Source: Parcubacteria group bacterium GW2011_GWC1_36_108
GTDB lineage: Bacteria > Patescibacteriota > Minisyncoccia > Moranbacterales > GWC2-37-73
Assembly: GCA_000991245.1 (NCBI GenBank)
Contig: LBRD01000001.1
Location: forward strand, 69,467 to 133,466
Length of the DNA: 64,000 nucleotides
Reading direction: 5' to 3'
The notes beneath the pieces are model-generated. The model saw only the letters and a program-made list of their open reading frames with translations. It was not told the DNA's origin and searched no databases. This document shows positions 7,713-16,692 of this stretch, in pieces. The position numbers and the translations under genes were made by a program. Each line of letters opens with the position of its first letter. Position 1 is the first letter of the stretch.

Positions 7713-10199
7713 CTAAAAAGCTGATTCCTTCATTGCGCTGCGTGCAAATTGGGCGCGCTGCATAATCTCACGGTTCACAATGGCAGCGTCGCGGCCATAT
7801 TTGAGGCGTGACAGCTCTTTGAGATAATTGGCAGCTTCCTGATTACCTCTGGTTGGTGGATAAAATTTAATATTAAATGGTTTGGAAAGTTCCCCATTAA
7901 CAAGCATTCTCGTGAAACCACTATAATTATCAACGTTGACCAAATCATTAGCAGTAAAAATCGGTTCGAATTGTTTTTCCAAAAACTCTGCGTCTTCCGG
8001 TCCAACTCGCAGCGCCACCATTGAACCAACATTACCAAAAACTGCCTTGGAAATTTCTTCCTTGAGTTGCCCAATAAATTGATGTGCAATAATCAGACAC
8101 AAACGATATTTTCGCGCTTCAGAAAGAATTTGAGAAATTGATTCAGTTGTAACATTTTGAAATTCATCCAAATAAAGATAAAAATCGCGACGCTGATCTT
8201 CAGGCATATCGCCGCGCGCCAGCGCATTCATCAAAATTTTTCCCACAATAACCATCCCCAAAAGATGGGCATTAATTTCTCCAATCTTTCCTTTGGAAAG
8301 CTTTACCAACAAGATCTTACCAGAATCCATCACTTCACGGAAATTGATTGTACTTTTTTGCTGCGCGATGATTGGACGCATCATATCATTAGAAACAAAA
8401 GTGGTAAGTTTGGAAGTGATATATGGAACCATATTGGCAAGTGCCGCTTCCCCGCCAGCTTTCTCAGCTTCTTTGATCCAAAAATCTGAAACCACAGGAT
8501 TGTTGCATTTGGACAATTTCATTTTGCGGAAATCTTCATCAGCCAAGACCTTGGAAATTTCCATAAGCGTTGAGCCTGATTCAGGATCTTCCATAATAAG
8601 GAGCATTGCATTTCGCACATATTGTTCAAACATTGGACCTCCCGTAGCTTTAAGATCATACAATTGATCAAAAATACCAATCATTTCATTAATCACAAAA
8701 GTTTTTTGCTCAGGATGACTTGGGTCATATTCCAGCATATTAAGTCCAAATGGACGCTCCATATCGGATGGATCAAACACAATCACATCTTCCGCGCGCT
8801 CTTTTGGAATGGCAGTTAAAATATCTTCAATCGCATCTCCGTGTGGATCAATAAAGCAAAATCCTTTGCCGTCGCGCGCATCTTGTTTGGCCATTTCCTG
8901 CAAGAAATTTGATTTACCAACACCAGTTTGACCGATAGTATACAAATGTCTTCTTCTGTCTCCATCGCTAAGTCTGATGTCAGTTTTTACCCCACGATAA
9001 TCATTATAGCCAAGCACCAAACCTTCTTTTGGAATATTAAGTGGCGGTGGTGCAGCACCTGCCTTCAGCCATTTAATTTTTGGTGTTTCAGTGGTAGAAA
9101 TTGGAAAATGAAAAACACTGGCGATTTCTTCGGTAGACAAAATAATAGAATGATCTTCGTCAAAATTTCTGAAGATATAATCAAAAGATATTTTTTTGGA
9201 CTTTATTCTTTTTTGCACCACAAAATGATTGACGTCGTGATTTTCAAATTGCGCAAAAGCATTTTCCATATGCGCCAAAATTTCATCTGCCTTTTGTTGA
9301 GTCATTGCAGAGGCAAGCAAGCGAATATTAGCTTTGAATCCAGCCTTGCCAGATTTTGCTTCGATTTTCTTTACAAGCTCCTGCTCTTCAGGAGTAAGTT
9401 GCACTGATTCTTTGTGCATAATTTCCTCCTTTGGCTTGTTTTGAATCACTTGCACCATACCTTTTCCAAGATCCATTGCAATCGAACTTGAATGAGCATC
9501 TTTAAGTTGTTTTCCTTGTTGCATCTTGTGTGCGATTCCTCTTCCCAATTTTCTCCAGTTTTTTCCCGCAGGACGCAAAACAATTTGAATCGCCGCACCT
9601 TCCCCTTCTGTTTGCAGTTTACTAAGCGCATTTGAAATTTCGTTGAGCGGGTCAACATCAATATTTTCATATGTAAGAACTGGCAAAGCATACGAACGTT
9701 TAAGTCCAAGTGTTGCAGCAGCAGTAAAGCTCCCCGGCGAAAAAATCGTATAGTCAGGAATTTTTTCAATAGAAGCGTGTGGGAAATATGAATGAACTTG
9801 CTTCTCAATACTGTCACGAAATTTCTTCGGCACTGCCAAATAAAAAGAAATTTCCTCATTTCCACAAGGATTGGCAATTTCAAGTGCCATATATGGCTCG
9901 CTATACAAAAAATGAGCCCAGAGTGATTTTTTTTCTTTAATATTAGAAAGTGTCGTAAGCAATTGCTCCATCGCACCAATTTCCTCTTTCCAAGCCTCCC
10001 CATTTTCACTTCGCTCTCCTTTTTCCTTGAAAATTTTTGTCACTCGCACGACTTCCAAGTCCATATTCATTGAACGATTGATTTGAGCACGATAATTCAA
10101 AAAACTTCGCACAACTAAAAAAGCACCACTAAAAAGAGTCAGTGTGGCAAAAACCCAAAGCAAAGGGACGAGGATGGTGTTGAGGTCAAGAGTATTCAT
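7713..10199 (-). CDS. VirD4/TraD-like (type IV coupling protein / HerA-FtsK superfamily) ATPase
   Basis: N-terminal TM; RRRHLYTIGQTGVGKS (Walker A), FIDPHGD, LYLDEFQN (Walker B), LSEARKYRL, AHQFIGQL. Confidence 0.85.
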   Translation of the reverse strand: MNTLDLNTILVPLLWVFATLTLFSGAFLVVRSFLNYRAQINRSMNMDLEVVRVTKIFKEKGERSENGEAWKEEIGAMEQLLTTLSNIKEKKSLWAHFLYSEPYMALEIANPCGNEEISFYLAVPKKFRDSIEKQVHSYFPHASIEKIPDYTIFSPGSFTAAATLGLKRSYALPVLTYENIDVDPLNEISNALSKLQTEGEGAAIQIVLRPAGKNWRKLGRGIAHKMQQGKQLKDAHSSSIAMDLGKGMVQVIQNKPKEEIMHKESVQLTPEEQELVKKIEAKSGKAGFKANIRLLASAMTQQKADEILAHMENAFAQFENHDVNHFVVQKRIKSKKISFDYIFRNFDEDHSIILSTEEIASVFHFPISTTETPKIKWLKAGAAPPPLNIPKEGLVLGYNDYRGVKTDIRLSDGDRRRHLYTIGQTGVGKSNFLQEMAKQDARDGKGFCFIDPHGDAIEDILTAIPKERAEDVIVFDPSDMERPFGLNMLEYDPSHPEQKTFVINEMIGIFDQLYDLKATGGPMFEQYVRNAMLLIMEDPESGSTLMEISKVLADEDFRKMKLSKCNNPVVSDFWIKEAEKAGGEAALANMVPYITSKLTTFVSNDMMRPIIAQQKSTINFREVMDSGKILLVKLSKGKIGEINAHLLGMVIVGKILMNALARGDMPEDQRRDFYLYLDEFQNVTTESISQILSEARKYRLCLIIAHQFIGQLKEEISKAVFGNVGSMVALRVGPEDAEFLEKQFEPIFTANDLVNVDNYSGFTRMLVNGELSKPFNIKFYPPTRGNQEAANYLKELSRLKYGRDAAIVNREIMQRAQFARSAMKESAF

Positions 10200-10230
10200 T
10201 TTTGTTTTATATTTATTTTAATGCATTCAT

Positions 10231-10356
10231 GATACGAATGTTACGAATGACCTTCTACGAATGACGCTAATATGCAAATCAGCCTTCGCATTTTTATTCG
10301 CATCATTAGCATATTCGCGTATTTGCATACATTTGCATAATTCGTATAATTCGTAT
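10231..10356 (-). repeat. Empty TGCGAAT/ATTCGCA palindromic element (inverted relative to 54221-54340)
   Basis: gatacgaatgttacgaatgaccttctacgaatgacgctaatatgcaaat closely matches the reverse complement of 54292-54340. Confidence 0.8.
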
Positions 10357-10360
10357 CAAA

Positions 10361-10798
10361 TCAAATTTCCTTTATCATCCCCTTCTCCACCAATGCATTG
10401 TGCAGTTCTTCGCCGAGCATACGGTCGTGAAAAGTGTCGAGGACATAATTGTCTTGCATATGTTGCGCAACTTTCACGGCGTGTACAACACCTTTTTGCC
10501 CTGCAATATCAACCAAATGCTGCACTTGTGACTCTGCATCCATTTTTTCGTAGCCAGTCTTCGCATCAGCCGCAATAACTGTCTGATCCAATTCATCATC
10601 TGTTTGCACTGTTTGAACTTTAGAAAGAATTTTTCCATAAGCATCATCCTTTTCAGCTGCACTAACTTCTTTTATCGCTTCACGCTCAATAGCAGCAGCA
10701 GGCACAGCCTCCTCACGAGAAAAATCTACACTTCCATTTTTAATTTTACCCTCCAAGTCCAAATCACTTTCTTCAATCGGCTCTAGGTTACTCTTCAT
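10361..10798 (-). CDS. Hypothetical protein (LVDIAGQKGVVHAVKVA...YVLDTFHD)
   Basis: ORF track, 145 aa, co-oriented with the coupling-protein gene. Confidence 0.75.
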   Translation of the reverse strand: MKSNLEPIEESDLDLEGKIKNGSVDFSREEAVPAAAIEREAIKEVSAAEKDDAYGKILSKVQTVQTDDELDQTVIAADAKTGYEKMDAESQVQHLVDIAGQKGVVHAVKVAQHMQDNYVLDTFHDRMLGEELHNALVEKGMIKEI

Positions 10799-10803
10799 AA
10801 GTT

Positions 10804-11305
10804 TATAATACTAATTATGCGAATGTATGCAAATACGCGAATATGCTAATGATGCGAATTCACTCCTTTGCAGATGAATTAATAATTCTCTTAGGAATTA
10901 AATGTCTTTGATGAAAATTTACGATAATACCTAATTTTAAATTTGCTGCTTTTAAATATCTTTGCGTTTGATTATATTCATCCCTACCTACGAATCTTTT
11001 TGCTTTAACCTCAACAACAATTTTATCCTCTATCAAGAAATCCACCCTATTACTATTATTTCGCATCAAATCATTACCGCTATCTATGCAACATTCTCTT
11101 TTATAATTTATTTGTTTCATTTTCAGTAGTTCTTCAATTGCATCACAATATTGCACTTCCTTACAATAAAAACCAAGTTCATTGTGAGTATCGAAAAATA
11201 TTCCATTGAGTGTATAGGATATTTCAGGATAAATAATATTTTCTAGATTTTTAGTCATCACATTTGCATATTTGCATCATTTGCATTAATTCGCACATTC
11301 GTATC
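10804..11305 (-). mobile_element. Putative GxxExxY cassette: palindromic arms enclosing the nuclease-fold ORF
   Basis: Left arm 10804-10859 and right arm 11262-11305 match the two arms of empty copies elsewhere. The ORF fills the gap exactly. Mobility is inferred. Confidence 0.6.
10860..11261 (-). CDS. GxxExxY family protein (PD-(D/E)xK nuclease-like fold)
   Basis: HNELGFYCKEVQY, RVDFLIEDKIVVEVKA, QTQRYLKA..LKLGIIVNF; 133 aa. Confidence 0.88.
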   Translation of the reverse strand: MMTKNLENIIYPEISYTLNGIFFDTHNELGFYCKEVQYCDAIEELLKMKQINYKRECCIDSGNDLMRNNSNRVDFLIEDKIVVEVKAKRFVGRDEYNQTQRYLKAANLKLGIIVNFHQRHLIPKRIINSSAKE

Positions 11306-11618
11306 ACTTATTAGCAGCCATCATTTCACCTCTAAATTCTTCAATAATCCCCTGCACCATTTCATCATAATCATTAATTCTTTCTTTGAAAAATTCTTCT
11401 ACTTGCTCTGGTGCAACTTCACCTTCTGACATTTTTTCATATTCTTCGCGTCCTTCTTCGCCAAGTTTATCCATTGTTTCCAAAAAAATTCTCTTCAGCA
11501 AAACTTCCGTCATCTTAATGATGAGTTCATTTTGTTTGTCTTGAGAAAGCGTGTCGATTCCCAAATCCTTAATCAATTGACTCAATGCCTCTGCTTGCGC
11601 AGTGTTATGTTCTTCCAT
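11304..11618 (-). CDS. Small acidic helical protein (DUF5663-like)
   Basis: LGIDTLSQDKQNELIIKMTEVLLKRI pattern; 104 aa. Confidence 0.7.
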   Translation of the reverse strand: MEEHNTAQAEALSQLIKDLGIDTLSQDKQNELIIKMTEVLLKRIFLETMDKLGEEGREEYEKMSEGEVAPEQVEEFFKERINDYDEMVQGIIEEFRGEMMAANK

Positions 11619-11625
11619 ATTTTTT

Positions 11626-11666
11626 ACCCCGTGAAATTATGGTACTCCATACTATTTAACTGGGGT
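11626..11666 (-). repeat. 41-bp hairpin element, copy 1
   Basis: Reverse complement reads ACCCCAGTTAAATAGT-atggagtaccata-ATTTCACGGGGT; shares ends with 17691-17732. Confidence 0.7.
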
Positions 11667-11680
11667 TTTTAGTTTAATTT

Positions 11681-13873
11681 TTATTCAATATTTATACCTA
11701 AACGTTTCTTTATAGTAACCTCTTTTACACGGTAAAGCCATTTTCCAAGAGTAGCATTGCTATTAGGAAAATTATTAGTACCTCTAAATTCTTCTTTATA
11801 TTTTTTTATAATATCTTTCATAATTGGACGCAATTTATCGTCAGCATAAGCAGAACTATAATCCAAATCTTTGATATCAACCCATTTATATCCGGTAGTT
11901 TTATATATATTATCCGTAGCCAACTTTATATCCTTAAAGCAAGTGTCTTTTGCCTTAGTCAATTCTTCAACAGTCAAAGCTGCAGATTTGCGCGCCTCAT
12001 CAGCATGACCCATATCCTCATATTGAGATATTGATGGTCCATCTCCTCCAGCAGGATGATCAGTTGCGTCATTGGCCGCTTGAATATATTCAGCATTGGC
12101 GCTTTTAAACATTTCTTGCGCTGTTGAAAGATGTTGCTGATTTTCTGCAGCGTGCCCTAAAGCATCAGCATTTCCTACTACTGCAGCCACTGATGGCTTT
12201 GGAATACTAATTGGCTTCACACTATCGCCAGCTCCTTGCCCATTTTCAACACCGCCACCACCAACAGAATGATGCCCATCCAGATGTGAGATTTTCCCGT
12301 CAATATTACTCAATTTCATCTCCAACGGATTATTTTCATTTATAAAAATATGCGTTCCAGGCTTAACATTAACCATTCCATCTTTCAGCATCTTGTGATA
12401 TTCATTGTCTCCAACTTTTTTAATTATCTCAGCTTTATTATCATGCATATAATCAAGCCACATGCGATGTGCTGCAACTCCTGGATTTTTTATTCCATGA
12501 ATTTTGAGATGATCGATCAATGTTTTTTCAATGCTTGAACCTTTTTCTATTGTTAAGGATTCAACCGCTTTATTTGAAGCATCAACAACAGCTTCAGCAG
12601 CTTTTTTTGCTTGCGCAGCAGCATCTTGAGCTGAAACTGGGGGTTTTCCACCATGTTCAGCCACATATTTCATATATTCTGGCGACCCTGGCTTTAAATC
12701 CACAGGAATACCTGTACTTGGAGGGGTTGGCCAATTATCTATAGATGGAGCAGTGCTAACCACGGGAGGTGCTGCAGTCATTTTTTCAAAAGCATGTGAC
12801 AAACCTTGAAGTCCTTGCACACCGATAATTGTTGCAACGCTTATTGCAAAAGCTTTATTCAAATAAGATCGCATCACATGCTTATTCACTTTCCTGTCCA
12901 CATCTGCAACTTTTTTATTCAAAATTCCTCTCAATTTTTCAAAATCAACTTCTCCACTTTCTTTAGAAATTTCTTTAAGATTTTTTTTATCCTCTTTTTT
13001 ATCAAGAATGCGGTCAGCAAATTGAGCCATTGCATCCAACTGCATCCCGCCAGCAGTTGCCATCATAAATGCTCCCCAAATTCTTTTTCCCGAAGAAAAT
13101 ACCCCGGCGCCAGCGTAAAAAGCACCAACAGCAAGACCAGTTTTAACTAAAAATGGAACTTTTTTATTATAAAATTCCGCAACCTGATCCATTTTTAAAG
13201 TCGTCTTGTCCCAAGTATTTTTAAGTTTTGATTTCCCCTCAGTTTCTTTTTTTTGAGCAGTTTTTACTGCGATTCTCTCATTATACAATTCCATAGCCGC
13301 CCCCGTATTATAATAAGTGAGCAATTTCTCGATTTCAACATTCAAAGCATCTCCTTTGAGCGTACCACTTTCGAGTTTGGCAATCTCGCCATTCATCTTT
13401 TCTTTACGTAATTTCTCATAAGCCATACGAGCTGCAGCAATATTTGGTGTTTCCGTTTTGTCTTCCTTTCCAATTGCTCGACTAAAATAACTTCGAACTT
13501 CTTTCAAGGCATTTCGTTCATTAAATTCAGTTTCAACATAATTTTTTCTTGCTTCCCTAAGAGCTCTTTCTTGAGGATCAACAGCTTCAGCCATATCTGT
13601 GGACTTTTTGAAGTTTTGCTCACCTTCAAAAGCGGAATCTTTTTTTTCCGTTCCTTTCTTGGAACTCTTTGCGGCAGACTCAAAATTTTTATCATCCCGA
13701 TCTTGCTGTCCTTTTATGATCTCTGTTTCAAGCAGCAGTTTATCCTTGTGTTTTTGTGTCCATTCGGCAATTCGCTTGTCTTCATTTTCAACTTCAACAT
13801 CAGCACTTATTTGTGCTGTGTGCTTGTTAAGCAAATCATTAAATATGGTTGCGTCCAATGTTCCTACCGCCAT
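11681..13873 (-). CDS. Large hypothetical membrane-associated protein
   Basis: 730-aa ORF: coiled coil, Gly/Ala hydrophobic hairpin, TM, Pro-rich linker, possible LysM-like segment. Confidence 0.75.
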   Translation of the reverse strand: MAVGTLDATIFNDLLNKHTAQISADVEVENEDKRIAEWTQKHKDKLLLETEIIKGQQDRDDKNFESAAKSSKKGTEKKDSAFEGEQNFKKSTDMAEAVDPQERALREARKNYVETEFNERNALKEVRSYFSRAIGKEDKTETPNIAAARMAYEKLRKEKMNGEIAKLESGTLKGDALNVEIEKLLTYYNTGAAMELYNERIAVKTAQKKETEGKSKLKNTWDKTTLKMDQVAEFYNKKVPFLVKTGLAVGAFYAGAGVFSSGKRIWGAFMMATAGGMQLDAMAQFADRILDKKEDKKNLKEISKESGEVDFEKLRGILNKKVADVDRKVNKHVMRSYLNKAFAISVATIIGVQGLQGLSHAFEKMTAAPPVVSTAPSIDNWPTPPSTGIPVDLKPGSPEYMKYVAEHGGKPPVSAQDAAAQAKKAAEAVVDASNKAVESLTIEKGSSIEKTLIDHLKIHGIKNPGVAAHRMWLDYMHDNKAEIIKKVGDNEYHKMLKDGMVNVKPGTHIFINENNPLEMKLSNIDGKISHLDGHHSVGGGGVENGQGAGDSVKPISIPKPSVAAVVGNADALGHAAENQQHLSTAQEMFKSANAEYIQAANDATDHPAGGDGPSISQYEDMGHADEARKSAALTVEELTKAKDTCFKDIKLATDNIYKTTGYKWVDIKDLDYSSAYADDKLRPIMKDIIKKYKEEFRGTNNFPNSNATLGKWLYRVKEVTIKKRLGINIE

Positions 13874-13887
13874 TTTGTTTTGTAACT

Positions 13888-15630
13888 TTATTTTATTTGA
13901 CTCAAAATATACTCAGAAATCTTTTCTAGTTCCTCGCCTCTTTTTTTTGTGTGCCTGGCAATATCACGTTCAATAACATCCGGCAAAACACTTAGAACTA
14001 GCTTCTTTTTTTCATCTCCAACTATTCCCTTTTTCCCAACTACATTCATCATTTCATTATACAACATTTGATATCTTTCCACACTAAAAACAGAAAGTTC
14101 AACATTCAATTCTTTAAATAAATCTTCCGGTGTTTTTTCTTTTGGTTTTTCAATTGGTAATGCGTCCACATCCGAGACCAATGACAAGACCCCTAGCGCA
14201 TGAGAGCTTGGCGCCACCACAGCGATATTTGGGTCAGCAGTGCCAGCTGGTTTCACAACAAGAAGATTTTCATCAACATATTTAATAATTGCACTCTCCA
14301 TTGCTTTTCTTTGTTCCTTGGCAAGTATAATACCTTTAGAACCAGCCTGTTCTCGCTGATCAATGAAACTTGAGATTTTTGCTTGCAAATCTTGATCAAA
14401 ACTTTGCAACACATCATCTACAAGTTCTCTATTTTTAATATATTTTTCTTCATTGGTTAAGTTTTTAGACTTATCACTTTGAGCAATTGCACTTCCAATT
14501 TTATTATAAACATAAACCCTAACTGCCAGCCTATTTGCCTCCTTACTATTATTCTCCTTGAAAATTTCATCAACAGCGATATCCATTTTTTTCTTCTCAT
14601 CATCAAGTAGCAAAGAATCAACACCTTCATCTAAAACTATTCCTAAATTATTCTTATCCTCAAGAACATCTTTCAATATTTCAAAAGCCAAATAACGCAA
14701 ATCTGCATTTTTAACATTTTTCCCCCATAATAAATTTCCTGAAATATCATAAACTTCCTTTTCTTCAAACTTTTTTTGTAATTTTTCAATCACAACTCTA
14801 TTCAAAGACTCTCTAGCTTTCTTTACATCATCTTTATCAAAAGTTTTTGATTTTTTAGCATCAGGCATCGCATAGGTTTGATCACCAACAATTATGAATT
14901 TTTTTGGAGTCCTAGAATCATTAACCATTCTAGCTGCTGCAAAAATTTCAATCCATTTTTTCTTACCAACCAGGCCAAAAGGATCTTTTTTTGCATTTGG
15001 AAGATCTGCGGATTCTAACAGATACTCTCTTAAATCAAAGTCGAAATCCTTATCAACATCGCCAATCGTGATGCCAGGATTTTTAACATTAAAATCTAAC
15101 ATATCAACAAATTCTTCTGTAATACGAACAGAGGCTTTCCTAAATTGATCTTCCCAGCCCTTGTTTCTTGGTTCACTTAAAAAATCATCATTAGCTTTTT
15201 TTTCAAGCTTATTCTTTTCAATCTCTTCCAAAAAATTATCTAGTTCTTTTCTACAGTCATCTAACTCGATAGAAAGTTCGGGTGTTTTTTCATTATTTTC
15301 ATCGTGACGTTTAAATAGTTTTTCCCATTTATCACTAATTTTATTTAGCTTTACTTTGCCATCAACAATATGCTCTTTATATAATGTTTCATCATCAAAA
15401 ATTACATCTAAATCCAAAGAACCTAAAATAGCATCTATGTCATTAATTTTACTTTCCAACTTTTCCTCAAATTCATTTTTTAATACTTCATGATCCTTTA
15501 TAGATCCAGGCGTTACAGCATATTCACTACCATTAAAAACAATCCCGGATGCGTTTTTAAAGTCAGGAACTAATTTCCCTGGACCATTAATATTATTAAA
15601 TTGTATTTTGAAAGTTTTACCGCTTGGCAT
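13888..15630 (-). CDS. Hypothetical charged helical protein
   Basis: 580-aa K/D/E-rich ORF with no recognisable motif. Confidence 0.75.
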   Translation of the reverse strand: MPSGKTFKIQFNNINGPGKLVPDFKNASGIVFNGSEYAVTPGSIKDHEVLKNEFEEKLESKINDIDAILGSLDLDVIFDDETLYKEHIVDGKVKLNKISDKWEKLFKRHDENNEKTPELSIELDDCRKELDNFLEEIEKNKLEKKANDDFLSEPRNKGWEDQFRKASVRITEEFVDMLDFNVKNPGITIGDVDKDFDFDLREYLLESADLPNAKKDPFGLVGKKKWIEIFAAARMVNDSRTPKKFIIVGDQTYAMPDAKKSKTFDKDDVKKARESLNRVVIEKLQKKFEEKEVYDISGNLLWGKNVKNADLRYLAFEILKDVLEDKNNLGIVLDEGVDSLLLDDEKKKMDIAVDEIFKENNSKEANRLAVRVYVYNKIGSAIAQSDKSKNLTNEEKYIKNRELVDDVLQSFDQDLQAKISSFIDQREQAGSKGIILAKEQRKAMESAIIKYVDENLLVVKPAGTADPNIAVVAPSSHALGVLSLVSDVDALPIEKPKEKTPEDLFKELNVELSVFSVERYQMLYNEMMNVVGKKGIVGDEKKKLVLSVLPDVIERDIARHTKKRGEELEKISEYILSQIK

Positions 15631-15719
15631 ATTTTTTTAAATCACCCTAAATCATATTTACTCTAAAATTATATCACAAAATTCTTATTTTACCCATAGC
15701 AAATTTTATGAAAAAATTA

Positions 15720-15755
15720 AAAGACGCAGAGTGGAATTATCCATTCTGCGTCTTT
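15720..15755 (-). terminator. Intrinsic terminator
   Basis: AAAGACGCAGAGTGGA-atta-TCCATTCTGCGTCTTT just after 15782-16672. Confidence 0.7.
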
Positions 15756-15781
15756 CGTTGTGCTAACTTTTCAGTGTATTT

Positions 15782-16672
15782 TTATCCCTCCCTTTTTATT
15801 CTTAAAATTTCATCTTTGATAGCTTGAGGCATATCTTCTTTAGGATGTCGCTTTTGATATTCAGCAACATCTTTCAGGAATTTGTCATTAGCCTCAATTT
15901 TTTTATTCTTCTGAAACTCATCGATATCATTGACGAGCTTCGCAGTCGACGGTGGAATTATTTTTATTTTGTCCCCAACCAACTCATTAATATAAAAGCC
16001 AGCTTGCGGAAACAAAACAAATACTAACCCCACAGTATATGCAACAACTGCCACCTTAACCGTAAATCTCGACAACTTTTTAAATGATACGAGATTATCA
16101 ATTGCGATAATTGTCAGCAGCATTACAATTATGATAGCTGTCGTTTTACCACCCATTGTGTAATTCACATACAATGGCAGAATCAGAAACAGGGCGGTCT
16201 GGACTAAAAAGATATTTGAAATTACCGTAAGGTACTTTCGAATAAATGGGTTATCGAAGATTCCGGTCGATTCCGATGCTGCAGCCACTGCAGGTGTAGT
16301 TGTAGTTGTGGTTGTTGTTGTAGTTGGCGGTGTGACTGTTGCCACTACCGATGGTGTTGTCACTACTACCGTTGTTGCCGCTGCTACCGAGGTCATCGCA
16401 TTATTGATGATACCCATCATTGCCTGCAGTGACTCCAATATCTCCCCAGTTATGTGCATATTGATGAATCTTCGAACGGCGAAGAGTCTATATGCCGAAT
16501 AAAGCCACGGCGCCAATGTCCACCAAATCGAAACTTCGACAGATAGACTGAGCGCGACAATAGGAACAGCTCCTAACAATGTTGCACCCAGCACCGTAAT
16601 CAGAACCCAACGAAGCTGTTGAAGTTCTCCTTCGACCGCATTCCACAGTAATGCAAACATTCTCCAAATCAT
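15782..16672 (-). CDS. Hypothetical multi-TM protein with Thr-rich loop
   Basis: About 5 TM segments, PPTTTTTTTTTTP tract, SD AAGGAG upstream. Confidence 0.75.
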   Translation of the reverse strand: MIWRMFALLWNAVEGELQQLRWVLITVLGATLLGAVPIVALSLSVEVSIWWTLAPWLYSAYRLFAVRRFINMHITGEILESLQAMMGIINNAMTSVAAATTVVVTTPSVVATVTPPTTTTTTTTTTPAVAAASESTGIFDNPFIRKYLTVISNIFLVQTALFLILPLYVNYTMGGKTTAIIIVMLLTIIAIDNLVSFKKLSRFTVKVAVVAYTVGLVFVLFPQAGFYINELVGDKIKIIPPSTAKLVNDIDEFQKNKKIEANDKFLKDVAEYQKRHPKEDMPQAIKDEILRIKREG

Positions 16673-16692
16673 GACTATCTCCTTTTCTGAAT

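Noticed and set aside
10231-11305. CRISPR array suggested by recurring GCGAAT repeats
   Set aside because: Units are short and degenerate with no unique 30-40 bp spacers, and there are no cas genes.
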